A stretch of DNA of 63,109 nucleotides, counting the filler, from Piptocephalis cylindrospora (Eukaryota): NCBI GenBank assembly GCA_003614145.1. It is 7 parts of 7 records of this genome, joined end to end, with 100 filler letters (N's around TTAATTAATTAA, not from the genome) between each part and the next. Parts side by side here need not be neighbours in the genome. Positions count along the whole stretch, not along the records: positions 45,186 to 54,107 come from KZ988121.1; positions 54,208 to 63,109 come from KZ988122.1; 5 more parts are not named here. One strand, 5' to 3'. A program made the translations under genes and the position numbers. Under the pieces are notes generated by a model. The model saw only the letters and a list, made by a program, of their open reading frames with translations. It did not search any database and had not been told where the DNA came from. This document shows, one piece after another, positions 49,563-60,897 of this stretch; position 1 is the first letter of the stretch, and each line of letters opens with the position of its first letter.

Positions 49563-50086
49563 TCAACCCTATTATTATTATGATGCGTATGAACAGGTAA
49601 GCTCCGATCAACATTAACTCCCCTATCATCCTCATTCTCATGGTCCTTACCTTGGGAATGTCATAGTGCTCAGACATCTTTTCTAATCGTTCATTGAACT
49701 CTTGCACCTTTTCCTTGTGGCTCTTTTCCGCAATCTTGACCACTTTATTCATGAGCTATCAAGGGACATGATGAGTAAGGGTAAGTGACTGTGAAGCGAG
49801 GGGAGGGTCAACAATCCAAACATAGCCAGTGCACCCTCCTTACCCTGGCCTTTTGCCTTTCCTCAAACCGTTGTTCGGCATCCGTTTTATGCACCGTAGC
49901 CTTTTCCCTCCATTCGGAAGCACTTTCTTCCGCCGGATCCTTTTCCCTCTCCGTCGGCCTTGATGTTGAGCTTTCTCTGATCTTGCTCCCCCGCTTTCCT
50001 CGAGACTTGGAGGATTTTGATACCCCCGCTCCCTTTACACCCTTTATCCGGAGAGAGCCTCGGTTGACGTGGCTGTAGTCAGACAT
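49563..50086 (-). CDS. FAM32A/DUF1754 splicing-associated protein; last exon uncertain
   Basis: MSDYSHVNRGSLRIKG, KTDAEQRFEE, KSHKEKVQEFNERLEKMSEHYDIPK. Confidence 0.85.
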
Positions 50087-51456
50087 ACTACTGAGGTTTA
50101 CTGAGGTTTAGGGTGAGATGAATGAAGTAAAGCCAAGTCTCTTTCATTCTCTTGTTGTCTCCTCTCCTACAGCTCCCAATCTCATATTCCCCCTCTACAA
50201 AAGCCAATCATTCCCATCAATCCTGCACACTTGAATGCCTTCAAATTATCTACGCACTTTTCATCCCAAATTTCATCCCTTTTCATTCAATCTACACACG
50301 CACACACGCCCACACGTAATACATGCCTTCTCTTTCCTAGAGAGATAGATCGGAGTGTCGTTGGGATCCGCTTGGTCGGAGTATGTGAGCGGGGTCGGAG
50401 TCTTCACCCAATCCCCCACATGGAAGCTCGGCCCCTAGACCAATCACCCATGGATCCTCATCGCCCACCCCAGCTGGCCACCCTGGTCCAACGTGCCCTT
50501 CCCCTCTATCGTTGTCCCCTACACTCCGCTGTCCAGTCCAGCCTAGCCCGGCCCAGTCCATTTCTCCTTCCCATTCACTGCCTTAAAGGATCTGCCATTG
50601 ACTTGACCCTCCTCACGAGAGCGATTTCAGTCCCTGTCCTTTCCTTCCTATTCTCTTTTCCTCCCACTCGCAGAGTCCCTCTTTCTCCCTCGCTTTCTCT
50701 TTCATCTCCCTCAACGAATCCAGCCCCCTTTATCCAACTTCCGCCCACACTCAAGCCCATCAGTCCCCTTGGCCTGTGCACAGTCTCACCTTCCTCTTGC
50801 CCCTCCTAGCAACAAGTACCAGCCCCGGTCCTATGCTGAGCTGACTTGGTCTTTCTTCCTTTCTCTGGCATCCACCTCATCTATTATTCCCCTTCCCCTG
50901 AGTTTCCCCTCCATCCCTCACCCGCACGCTACTTTTACCTTACCTTGGTCTCCCCTTACTTTTTTCCTCTTACCTTGCAATACTGTCCTTCCGAGCGAGT
51001 TCCCCTTGCTTTGGCCACTTCTCGCCCTTTATTCGTGCGTGTGTACAAGCATCCTACTATCCCGTCCATCCATCCTTGTCCCTGCCCATTGTAAGTAAAA
51101 TTCATTAGGCCTTCATGATGATGAATTGGCTGCCCCTTTTCCCGTGCAGTGGTATGATCCGAGCCTTCCACCCTGCATCATCCCTTTTTTGGGGGCATTT
51201 GCTTACTATCGAATCCCTGGATGGGATGCTTTATATACCGGTCGATTCATATCTTCTCATCTACCCTACTCACCCATTGTTCCTCCCTCCCTCTTCTTTA
51301 GTATCGACCTGGTGTGATTGACTCCTCCTTTCTTTGCCCATTCCTATCCCCCTTTCCTTATTAACTATTCAGCGTCTGTATAGACCCTCATCTTGTCTGT
51401 GTAGACCCACCTCACCTCATCGTATTATTGTACTGCCTTCCCTCTCTTCTCTCCAA

Positions 51457-54107
51457 ATGGAATCCGTCAGCAATCATGGATGTGTCATGGGCCATGAAAC
51501 TAAACTAGGTCTCATCTCCCCCTCGTCAGGTCCTGGAGAAGGGCTCAATGAGTCGGGAGACGCGACCACCCCTGTCCCAAGAACCACCTCGCTGCCCAAA
51601 GACACCAACTCGGTCTCTGTTTCCTCCATCTCGCCCCCTCCACCTTCTCCACCCTCTTCTCCCTCAACCCAGGGGAAACGCAGGGCGGTGACCGTGTCAG
51701 GTACACCCAGTTCCTCGGAAAAATCTAAATACTCCTCGGCCAGGGCCTCACGGAACAAACCACCCGACCTGTCCCTGGTCACGACCGTGGATGCCGAGCA
51801 GGCCCTATTGGAAAGGTTAGAGTCCATGAATGCCGTTCTCCAAGCCCATCCAAAATCCCCAGTTCAAGCAGGAAAAAATCTGATCACCCAAGGAACAATC
51901 TCCTCCTCCTCTACCCCCCGATATTCCTCTCCTCTGGCCTCTCCCGTCCCGGGTTCTCGACAGGCTCTGCTGATTGCCGAGCCTGATCGGGAGCAGGCCG
52001 CACTGGTCAGACGGGCCGTGGAGGAGCGTGCCGAGGCGCGAGCCCTTGAAGAGCTTCGGGTCCGTCGGCATTCCAGCACCCCAGCTCGGCCCAGATCCCA
52101 CACCTCGTACTCATCAGCATCGTCCTTTGGAGCCGCTGGTCCCGGGGGGAAACCCCTCTCCTCGGTGGAGCAGGCCAATCTACTTCGAAAGATGGAAGCT
52201 CTGAACTCCCAATTGATCTCACCCAAGGGTTGTGCCGGGAGTAAAATCCTTCCGACCATGCCTGCTCCCACGGCCAATCGAGGGCGAGGACGACCCCATT
52301 CCCTGACTGTATCGGGGGGCAGCGCCGCATCGAGAAAATCCGAGTCCGAGACTGGGGGTGGGATGAGGGGCTTCTTCTCCCCGGTCACCCCATCCTTTGC
52401 CACTAACTTTGTCTCCTCTCTCGGCTCCACCCTTCCTTTCGCCCGGTCCCCATCCCCGTCTGTTCCCTTGTCCTTCCCCTCCGTGGCCGTTCACGCCTCT
52501 TCCTCTACCGATACGGACATGTCCGAGGGCTCCGCCTCCTCAAAGGACTCGACCAGTTCAGCCAAGTCCAAAGGCGAGTCCCCAGCCCCGACACCTGAAG
52601 TGGTTAAACCCGCTTCTCAGACCAAGGGAAGTTGGTGGATGAAGCGAAGACCCACCGTCCATACGGTCCAGCATCCCATTCCCCCGGACCTTCGTCGCAC
52701 CCAGTCTCTCTTCGCTCGTCGGGCCTCCAGTGCTACACCCCCTTCTCGGGAACTTTCCCTCCCCGATGATCCCTTAGTTCTCGGTCGTTATCCCGGAGAC
52801 GACGAAGCGATAGGCAGGATGGTGGTGGAGGAGGAGGAGGAGGAGCCATTTGATCCGGAAGAGGAAGAGGATGTCAGTGATGACCCGGTACGCATGCTTC
52901 TTAAAGGTCTAGAACGTCAGAACAAACGACTGGCCGCTGATCCCCGACATGTACGTGTCCATCGGAACTCGGTGCAGGCCGGATCCGCCGCTATGCAATC
53001 CCTCATTGAGGGAACCCGCTATGGATCCGGAGAGGATGGAACCTCTGATATTCTTTCCCTCTGCAGTGTCGAATCGGCCCCCACCCGCATTGGCGGTGGG
53101 GGAAGCCGGTCCCCGGAGGAGGGAGGAGGCACTCCGGTGGGCGAAGAGAAGGACTCGGCCTTTTGGCTCGAGCTCGAGGCCGATTACCTCCTCCTCTCCC
53201 AAAGGGTTCCTCATCTTGTCGCCCATCGACTTCGCTGCGGTATCCCCTCATCACTACGGGGAAGAGTATGGAAGGCTGCGGTCTTCCGGGAGGTCCCTAT
53301 CGAGGAGCAAAAGACCTTGCGGACCAGATATCCCCGTATGGCCACCGAACGAAGTGGCTATGCCAAGATCATTTCCCGAGATCTTGCTCGCACCTTTCCC
53401 GGGGTTCCTCTCTTTGCCAAGGTCGGTGGAGAAGGGCAAAAGGCCCTTGGTAAGGTCATGCGCGCTTATTCTGTCTACGATCCCGAGGTGGGGTATTGTC
53501 AAGGCCTTGGTTTCCTTGTCGGTCCCCTTCTTATGAATGTAAGTTTGGAGAGGGAAACGAAAAACCTTTTCTCATGATCCTCTCATATAGATGTCGGAAG
53601 AGGATACGTTCTGCGCCTTTGTTCAACTCATGAAGCAAGGGCAGATTAGGTCCATGTTTATACCGTCTATGGAGGGATTACATCTACGGCTCTTCCAATT
53701 CTCTGCCATTATGGAGGAGCATATGCCCGAGCTTCACGCTCACCTGGAGCATCATGCCGTCCCTACAGCCCTGTATGCTTCCCAATGGTACTTGACCATG
53801 TTTGCATATAGCTACCCCATGCGCTTTGTCCTCCGGATCTGGGATGTGGCGATGGCTGAGGGCTGTGCCGAAACCGTGACCCGTGTGGGCCTTTCCCTCC
53901 TTGAGCGGAATCGGGGTCGATTGATGGCGTGTGTGGAGTTTGAGGAGCTAGTCTGTGTCCTCAGCAAGGGCCTTTGGACCGATGGGGATGGCGTGATGGA
54001 GACGTTGATGGAGGAGACGGGTCGATGGGCTAAGGTCGTCACGTCCGAGTCTATGCGAGAGCTGGAGGTGGCATGGTCCGTGCAATGGGTTCCCAGGGTG
54101 AAGAGGG
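51457..54107 (+). CDS. TBC-domain Rab GTPase-activating protein (Evi5/Gyp5-like), 3'-truncated
   Basis: GIPSSLRGRVW, Arg finger ISRDLARTF, Gln finger GYCQGLGF, YASQWYLTMF; intron 53539-53590. Confidence 0.9.
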
Positions 54108-54207
54108 NNNNNNNNNNNNNNNNNNNNNNNNNNNNNNNNNNNNNNNNNNNNTTAATTAATTAANNNNNNNNNNNNNNNNNNNNNNNNNNNNNNNNNNNNN
54201 NNNNNNN
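54108..54207. other. Artificial contig linker
   Basis: N44-TTAATTAATTAA-N44. Confidence 0.99.
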
Positions 54208-55066
54208 CTTTTTCTTCCTCTCTTTTTCTTTCCCTGTCTCTCTTTTTCTTATCCCGCTTTCCACTTTCTTTTCCCTCTCCCACCTCCACTCTGTTCCCCC
54301 CCAGAATTTAAAACAACCCCCCCCCCCCCCCCCCGTCCTCCCTAAGGAGGGGAAATCATCCTTCATTAAATGTCTTTCCTCCAAACCTGCGATCGTGAGG
54401 TATATCCCTTTAACCTTATTACAAATTATATTTTTACTTATAGAAGGAATGTGACTATTCTATTTCATTTCAAGATCATATTTTTTCGACGTATTAGGCC
54501 TTTATTGGCCTAGAATGGGATGCAAAGCGTATGATGATTTCATTAATTCTCTCAAATGTAATGGCTTTTTGTTATTGTACACTATACCGTGGCAACTGTT
54601 ACTAATCCATAGCTTTAATCCTCATTTACATTATCGTACGCATCAAGACCATCCAATAGTATATGTTGAAATGCTTTCTACAGCTAATGTTATTATTCCG
54701 GAAGAAATCAGACAATAGGAGAGGGAGAAGGCATTGTGTAGTTGGATTTGGAGAGGCCATGACCTGAAACCCACCTTTATATACACGCACTCGGCGCCAT
54801 AACGATACCTACTCCACTCTTTAAGGTAGGAGCTTGCCTCTAGAAGTGTAATGCTCTAATTCAAATCCAAATGCTCAACAGAGCGGATCTTTTCAGCATT
54901 AACAAGATCCAGCTAACAACAATCATTTTCATTTCATTCAAAAAATTAACCACATCATAGTATATTTCTACGATGGAAAAAGTCATACATGGCATAGCGT
55001 CCAACGTACATCACTCCATACTCTATTGATGATTGTAAAGTAGCCTTAAAGTCCGTAAGAAAAATC

Positions 55067-56610
55067 TCACCACGTGGTGGCAAGAGGGTTGGCCTGAGAT
55101 GCGTTGCTCTTGACATCGTGATATTGAGTCAGTAAAGCCTTACGGGCCAGGTCCGTTTCCCATCCACCAAGCCATGATCTAGAGGAATGAGATAAGTGGA
55201 TGTTCATGACGGCTGTCTAGTACAAGGATCGAAAAGTGACTTACTGAACCATTTGTTGGGCCAAAGGATTGTTCGTGGCATAGCGAGTAGGGGTAGAATG
55301 GTAGATATTGGCCACATGCGTCAGCCATTCCTTAGCACCAATACTCTGTTGCTCTTGCCCCTGCCCGGGATGAAGTTGGCCGCCTCCGTTGATGCACCCG
55401 GAGGGGCAGGCCATGACTTCGACGTAGTGATAGACACAACGTTTGCTTTTGATGCGCCTAACCAGATTCTGAATATTACGGAAGCCATAGCAGATGGCAA
55501 AGCGTAGGAGAACCTGACCATTGACCTCCAAGGTAATCTCCTTCATATCGGCATTTCTCACTGTCTTGATCTGACACCCTGTGCCCTCACCAAGGCTGCT
55601 GACTCCGTCAAGTTGGAAGAGCTCCTTTGCAGCGTAAGCCAGGATAAATTCCAAGTACCCGCCACTTGGAGATCCCACTGGGTTCGGAGCGTGATCTATA
55701 TCCATGGATCTAGAAAGGAGATGTATGTGTGTGAGTGTCTTACTGCCTTTTTCCCCTCCCCCCATTCATCAAGGACCTACTCTTCAGCATGCTGAAAGAC
55801 GTCCAGGGAGCCTTCAGAGATAAACAACCGCTCAAGTTCCCCCGAGGTGAGGACACAATCAACATCACGTGTCCGGTAGACATCATTGTAAAAGTCGTTA
55901 CGTGAGGCCTCGAGCTTCTTGTCGTAACATGGCATGACGGAGATGTGATAGACAAGGTCAGGGGACTTTCCCAGTTCCTTCCCAATGACGTCCTTGACAT
56001 AGACACCCATAATCTGCTGAGGGGACTTGACTTGGCTGATATGGGGCAAGGTATACGGATGGGTTTTTTCGGCATAGCACACCCAACCCGGACAAGCCGA
56101 GGCCAAGATGGGGAGGGTCTGGGAAGCGCGGTATCGATGGATGAATTCTTGGGCACTGGCAACGAGGGCAATATCCCTGGCTGTGGCAATGTCGAGTACA
56201 CGGTCGACGCCTAATCGAGTCAGAAAGGTCGTGATAGTGGAGAAGGCCTTGGAGGTGGTGACGTTGTATTTGGCGGCAAAGGAAGCCAAGGTTTGAGGGG
56301 AAATGGAGGCCACAAACACTCGGTCCCCCTTATCTTGCAGGTTACTAAGGACCTCTTTCTCAGATTGCTGCTCCACTAAGACAACTTCGGCCGATGTGAC
56401 ACATCCACTGCAGGCCAGACAATCCTCTAGACGGATACTAACCTTTTCCCCAGTGGGTTGCGCGGAATTTGTGTCGTGAATCTGAACATCTCCCGGTTCA
56501 CTAGTCTCTTGAGGGGGTTGTTGTACGGGAGGTTGAGTGCAAGCTTGTGCTGGGGCGATATAATCGTTGAGATCATCACCCAGGAGCATTAAACCACGGG
56601 ACAAGGACAT
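55067..56610 (-). CDS. NAR1: Cytosolic Fe-S assembly factor Nar1 (CIAO3), 3 exons
   Basis: DCLACSGCVTSAE, SACPGWVCYAEK, MPCYDKKLEA, EVMACPSGCINGGG, C-terminal ...ATTW. Confidence 0.95.
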
Positions 56611-57194
56611 TTGAAAGTAGAGAGAGGAGGAGGAGGAGAAGAAGGGGCGGTAGTGGACAGAGAGGAGGAGAATCTGGGCCGATAACCAGCAAGGATGAGG
56701 ATATAGGATCAGGAATGGTGGTAAGCAACAAGGAATGAATGGAACTAGTGCTGGTTGGGCTGTGCTATCTGAAGGAGCCGCCTTGTATTATCCCTTTCTG
56801 ACTCATCATCTTAAGAGAGATGTCGTATTTTGAGGTGACGGCATGATAATGAGTCTAAGGTCTGAGATTGGATTGGAGAATATTGATCTGGCTCTACTGA
56901 GGAATTATATCTACTAAAAAAGACCATTTTTCATTTTTGGGTCATGGTTCAAAGGTCGAGTGTGACATATTGAGATATCCTAATCAAGGGAGAATATGTG
57001 TGTGTTATGTGTGCGAGACTCCTCTCCCTGCTTTTACATGGAGAACGAAGCCATCCATCCATCCACACACACACCCAGCTCACCCATAAGCTTTCCACAG
57101 CCCGCCGCCCAGCCCGTGTGTCTCCAAGTGCGTGTGTGATTAGTCCTGTCACTGTGCTACGACCGAGCCTTCCTCCTCTCCCTATCCCTCCAAC

Positions 57195-58630
57195 ATGGCC
57201 GCTCAGATCTCCAAGAAGAGAAAGGTACGTGCATACCCATCCTACTAACATGAGTAAGGAGCAAGGAAGGCTAGAAGATGAAGGGATGAAGAGAGGGACG
57301 TGTTGTTCCTGAAGAAGGGCAAAGAAAGGTGGATGGGTCGGGGGGAAGGGGATGGATGGATGGATGGATGGATGGATTCGGGGACCAAGGCTAAGGGACG
57401 GGATCCTAGGTTCGGAATGTCCGAGGCACTTGGACAATCACGCGAATGATCCATCCATCCATCCATCCAACTGTTTCCGGGCGAAAAGACAGAGATTCCG
57501 GGATATCGTTGGGGATGGTGATGATGGACCAGGGACATGACCTGCCATGACATGACATCTTCCCCACGCCTGGATCCTGACTTGACTATGATGAGCTTTG
57601 CTTTTATTATCTGACACCTCTTGTCCGAATGCGCGAGTAAAGCCTGGGACCAAGGGGGAGGAATGGGATGGGAGTAGGTAGAGGGCCGAGGATTGTTTGC
57701 TCCTCTCGAGGCTCATTCAATCCCCTCTCTCTTTCTCTCTCCTTCCTTTCTCCCTTCCTGGATCCTTTACTCGTCGACATAATGCACGTAACCAAGCTTC
57801 TGAGTTAAACAGCCCCTTCCTTCCTCTCTCTCTTTCTCTTCCCTCCTCTCTTTCTATCCACTCCTTTTCCTTATACGCATCCACTCATGCCCTATTCTAC
57901 CGCCTAGTTCGTCGCCGACGGTGTCTTCTACGCTGAACTCAACGAGTACTTTACTCGCGAACTCTCCGAGGAGGGTTACTCTGGCTGTGAGGTCCGCGTG
58001 ACCCCTGCCCGCACGGAAATCATTATCCGCGCCACCCAGACCCAGGAAGTTCTTGGTGAGAAGGGCCGCCGCATCCGTGAGCTCACCTCCATCATCCAGA
58101 AGCGTTTCTCCTTCCCCGAGAACACTGTCGAGCTCTACGCCGAGAAGGTCGCTGTCCGCGGTCTGTGCGCCGTTGCTCAGTGCGAGTCCCTCCGGTACAA
58201 GCTCCTTGCTGGTCTTGCCGTCCGTCGTGCCTGTTACGGTGTGGTCCGGTACATCATGGAGTCTGGTGCCAAGGGTTGCGAGGTTGTCGTCTCCGGCAAG
58301 CTCCGTGCCGCTCGTGCCAAGGCCATGAAGTTCGCCGATGGTTTCATGATCCACTCCGGTCAGCCCGCTCGCGACTACATTGATCACGCCGTCCGTCACG
58401 TCATGCTCCGTCAGGGTGTTCTTGGCCTCAAGGTCAAGATCATGCTCGACTGGGATCCCTCCGGCAAGATCGGACCCAAGAACCCTCTTCCCGATATGGT
58501 CACCATCATGGAGCCCAAGGACGAGGCCAACATCGAGACCCCCGTCTCCGAGGACTTCAACCGTCCTCCTCCTGCCCCCGAGACCCCCGCTGTTGCCACC
58601 GAGGAGGCTCCTGCTGTTGAGGCTTTCTAA
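57195..58630 (+). CDS. RPS3: 40S ribosomal protein S3 (uS3); exon 57195-57224, intron 57225-57907, exon 57908-58630
   Basis: [23 protein letters not shown]...[19 protein letters not shown]. Confidence 0.98.
57350..57468 (+). repeat. Inverted microsatellites (GGAT)7 and (ATCC)5 in the RPS3 intron
   Basis: 57350-57377 and 57449-57468 are mutually complementary. Confidence 0.9.
57582..57808 (+). ncRNA. Candidate intronic box C/D snoRNA with a long internal hairpin
   Basis: Terminal stem TTGAC/GTTAA, box C ATGATGA (57588), D' CTGA (57611), box D CTGA (57800), ~100 nt upstream of the 3' splice site of a ribosomal-protein intron. Confidence 0.7.
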
Positions 58631-59042
58631 GTTTGGTCATGAAACTCTGATAGGATGGGGTAACGAAAGGGGTCTGGTTGGAGATGAATGCTATTGGGGG
58701 GATCATTTTCCCCTTGTCTACCCAGAGCGCCCCCATCATCAAGGTCCCTTTCTGCGCTTGTGTCCATCATTTCATGTCTTTACTTGGCGTTCAATACAGC
58801 GATATTTCCCATCTCCCCCTTTTGTCGCTGGATGAGAGAGGAAAAGGAAAGGTGGATTGACCAAACGTATGGTGCTCCCCTCTCCATCCAGTAAGAAAGG
58901 TGCTTTGATGGATAGAAGGGGGGAGGGTATTATTAGATGACGCAAGTATAGGACAGATAGAGTGAATTTCATTGAGAGAGTAAGATGCACCGCTCTTATA
59001 TGTAGTCACTGAAGCACACCACATCGGGTTTAAGTACCCGGT

Positions 59043-59292
59043 TCAGCAAGCATCCTCGGCTAGACAACACATCTCGAGACAGCAGATCTGCTCAAGGGCA
59101 CAGCAGCACAGCATGGCCGCGCAACAGCTGTAGCAACAACCATGGCTCTTTTCCTGGGCAGGCTGCTGGACTACCACGGTCTGAGGAGGGGGGGCGCCGT
59201 ACATGGGGGCCTGAGGGGCATATCCCTGCTGCTGGGGAGGGGGATAGTAGCCACCCTGGGGGGGGAGGAGGATATTGCTGCTGGTAGGACAT
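59043..59292 (-). CDS. CYSTM-domain cysteine-rich tail-anchored protein; apparent 1-nt frameshift in a C8 run (59258-59265)
   Basis: MSYQQQYPPPP/QGGYYPPPQQQGY...KSHGCCYSCCAAMLCCCALEQICC. Confidence 0.8.
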
Positions 59293-60220
59293 TTTTTTTC
59301 AGAGGAAAAGTGTTGGAAAAGGGGAGAGGAAGGAAGGAAAAAGGACCAAAAGCGAAATAGGATGAGAAAGAAAGAAAAGCGAAGCCAAATGAGCGAGGAG
59401 AAAGGATGTGGGGACTGAGGCAGGCCAAGTGCAAAGATCAATGGGCCTCCTAGGTCTTATAGGAGTGGGTGAAAGGGAAGAGAGGAGGCAGGGACGACGA
59501 ATATACTGCTGTCTGCCATCACCTATTGCCAATTGATGGTAGAGTCCGATGGTGTTGCCTTTGCCCGCCAATCACTACCGCAAGCCTAGGGAAAGGAGGA
59601 TGCAATTTAGGGATGAGCCGCAGGGTTTGTCCGGGCAAGCATGATTGGGCATAGTAGGAGGGGGTATGAGGAGCAAGGCAGGCAACGCACACACACAGCG
59701 GAGTGGGGCGGGGCAAACCCCGGCACAGCGCTGTACAGTGGGATGTAGGTGGGACAAGGGGAGGGTCCTTGGCGAGGGAAAAAAAGTCCGCATGCCATGG
59801 CAATTTCCTGGGGGATGTAGAGGCTTGGGCCAGGGAGATGAAGAATGGGGACCGCACCGCGGATGAAGGGGAGCAAGAAAGTGTTTGAGGGGTGAATGGA
59901 ATGAGGGGAGGAGGAATAAAGGTTCGTTGAGAAGGACTGTGGCTTTCATTTCGTCCACATTCGCAGGCACAATGATTCGATCGGCCATTTTCCCTAGCGA
60001 CTTGGAGTCCGTGGGACGTTTCATGGTGGAATATCAGACTATAGTATTCATCTCTCTGGTGTGTCGCTGCAGGATGATCCTTGGCTGGAAAAATTGCCCT
60101 TCTATCCGTGCTTCCCCTTGATGAAGGGATGGAGTGGAGTAGAGAGAGGGTGTGGGGAGCTAGGGTAGGAAGTTACTAGGACCTATACCGACCTAGGGGC
60201 GATATTGGGAATGGATCGCA

Positions 60221-60254
60221 ATGTGTTTACTAGTAATCGGCCTAGTAAACACAT
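60221..60254. promoter_or_regulatory. 13-bp perfect inverted repeat containing two forkhead-type GTAAACA sites
   Basis: ATGTGTTTACTAG-N8-CTAGTAAACACAT between the divergent CYSTM and CCT6 genes. Confidence 0.5.
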
Positions 60255-60897
60255 CGCGCCCGCTTGATAAATCACAATAATAATATCAGGACCAAATTGT
60301 CCGGTCAACTACCCATTCCCTCTTATCCAGCTCCATCCCTGTATCTTACCATACTGAAGTGAATCCTAGCTTATTATCCCCCCCCCCAGCACCGCCCACA
60401 CATTGCCCAGGGAAGAGGGACACACATCTCGGTTGGATGTGCGCGGTCATCAGTGAGTCGGTGAGCGAACAGGTGCTCGCCACACACACACAGACAAGGT
60501 CCCTTCCAGATGCTGGCGCGGTGTGTCCCCGCTGCGCTTCTCCCTCTCTGTGTCCTCGTCCATGACCACACCACTTCTCCCGCCGCGCGCCTCACTGCTC
60601 TCGTCGCCCGCACTGCTCTCACCGCTCTTCCTTCGCGCCCTCAAATCCCTTCCCCGCCTCAGCCTTCTCCTTCTCCTCCTCTTCCAACCCTTCTTTTTCC
60701 ACTTATCCTCCTATCTCATTCCTCCCTTCCATCTCCTCTCCTCCTCCATCCCTCCCGTGTCAGTCCATCCTCTCCATCATGTAAGCTGGTTCTTTTCCTC
60801 CTCCACAGGGATCAGATCTATCTCCCTTTATCACTGCCTGTACCTCTTTCCTCACCCTTCTCCCACCACACACAGGTCTTCCTCTGCCTCTTCGGCC

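Noticed and set aside
8955..54207. Six regularly spaced TTAATTAATTAA motifs about every 9 kb
   Set aside because: Artificial concatenation linkers flanked by Ns; the spacing reflects size-sorted contigs
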